From the NCBI GenBank assembly GCA_021846505.1, contig JAJZWV010000004.1:4074-68073 (forward strand): a stretch of DNA of 64,000 bases, written 5' to 3'. Below the pieces are notes generated by a model, which saw only the letters and a program-made list of their open reading frames with translations, was not told the origin of the DNA and searched no databases. The stretch is from Bacillota bacterium. Its GTDB lineage: Bacteria > Bacillota > Sulfobacillia > Sulfobacillales > JAIMBI01. Positions 63,502-64,000 of this stretch are shown piece by piece (positions within the stretch are counted from its first letter, which is position 1; each line of letters starts with the position of its first letter). The position numbers and the translations under genes were made by a program.

Positions 63502-64000
63502 CGCGACCGGCCGCGGTGCGGCCACACGGCCGCGTGCAGCGCCTGCCGCTCGCGCTCGTAAATGTTCACCACGCCCTCGGCGGCGGCGCGCCCGGCGAGA
63601 AACTCCAGCTTGCGCACGTCCAGCGGGTCTGCCGCCCGAATGAGTGCCAAGTCCATGGCGGTCGGCTCGGCGGTGGTGGGCACGGGATCCACAAGCGCTA
63701 GGGGAAACGGAGTGGCCTCCCTGACGGCGTCGGGCGACACGCCAGGGTGGAGGCTCACCACCCCCAGCGTGTGATTCGGCCCGCTCCAGTCAAACAGCCC
63801 CAAGTTGGTGAGCAGCAGGGTGGGGGAGCCGGGCCGGCCCAACTCCGCGGCGCGCTCGGGGCCGTAACCCGCGCCACTGCGAAAGTCCACCTGCTCGACG
63901 ATGGATCGGGGCGTGTGGCTGGTGACATAGTAGAAAATCTCTGACAAGTGGCTCGTGTCTTCCGGTATGCCTCGCGACCCCACCAGCGCCACCTTGGGAT
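63498..64000 (-). CDS. CoA-transferase subunit B, C-terminal part (5' end outside window)
   Basis: Frame open to window edge; IVEQVDFRSGAGYGPER...PTLLLTNLGLFDW...GVVSLHPGVSPDAVREATPFPL matches the 3-oxoacid/glutaconate CoA-transferase beta-subunit pattern. Confidence 0.8.
   Translation of the reverse strand, partial: PKVALVGSRGIPEDTSHLSEIFYYVTSHTPRSIVEQVDFRSGAGYGPERAAELGRPGSPTLLLTNLGLFDWSGPNHTLGVVSLHPGVSPDAVREATPFPLALVDPVPTTAEPTAMDLALIRAADPLDVRKLEFLAGRAAAEGVVNIYERERQALHAAVWPHRGRSR

Overview
High-GC (about 65-72% G+C by eye) chromosomal segment with Firmicutes-like gene order. I cannot resolve the species.

Backbone:
- 3' end of rplL, then rpoB and rpoC (1-7.6 kb).
- The complete str/S10/spc/alpha ribosomal super-operon (ybxF-like L7Ae gene, rpsL ... 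rplQ, including an untracked rpmJ; 18.5-38.8 kb).
- ecfA1-ecfA2-ecfT-truA (38.8-41.7 kb).

Accessory DNA:
- Between rpoC and ybxF lies a 10.8-kb block, mostly on the opposite strand.
  - It has a rusticyanin/sulfocyanin-like cupredoxin operon with two SHOCT membrane proteins and a methyltransferase.
  - Divergent from that operon are an OmpR-type two-component system and a cation transporter.
  - The rest is IS630 debris with a 9-bp minisatellite, a Phd/VapC pair with a broken toxin, and an MFS transporter.
- Downstream of truA (41.7-64 kb) is a mixed region.
  - Housekeeping-type genes: proline dehydrogenase, flavin reductase and a MacB-type ABC transporter.
  - A ~50% G+C islet lies between two ISAs1-type transposase 3' ends. 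Next to it is a heavily decayed DUF4338/ISAs1 unit.
  - Then come MscS and two tandem Cys4 zinc-ribbon micro-ORFs, one absent from the ORF track.
  - A gene string follows: prolyl oligopeptidase, catalytically dead LMW-PTP-like protein, lipoprotein, glycosylasparaginase, GNAT, cupin.
  - A VapBC module has an antitoxin split by an in-frame TGA.
  - A secreted L,D-transpeptidase and a class-A beta-lactamase-like protein form a pair.
  - The window ends with an SDR and a partial CoA-transferase B subunit.

No rRNA, tRNA or CRISPR array was seen.

Limits:
- Because of the GC bias, most long antisense or overlapping ORFs in the track are treated as artefacts.
- Start codons were refined by eye from SD motifs and conserved N-termini and may be off by a few codons.
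- I did not find one clear-cut novel multi-gene system. The best candidates for follow-up are the zinc-ribbon micro-ORF pair, the Met/Gly-rich cupredoxin-SHOCT module with phased GTAAC boxes, the split antitoxin, and the accessory block inside the rpoC-rpsL junction.
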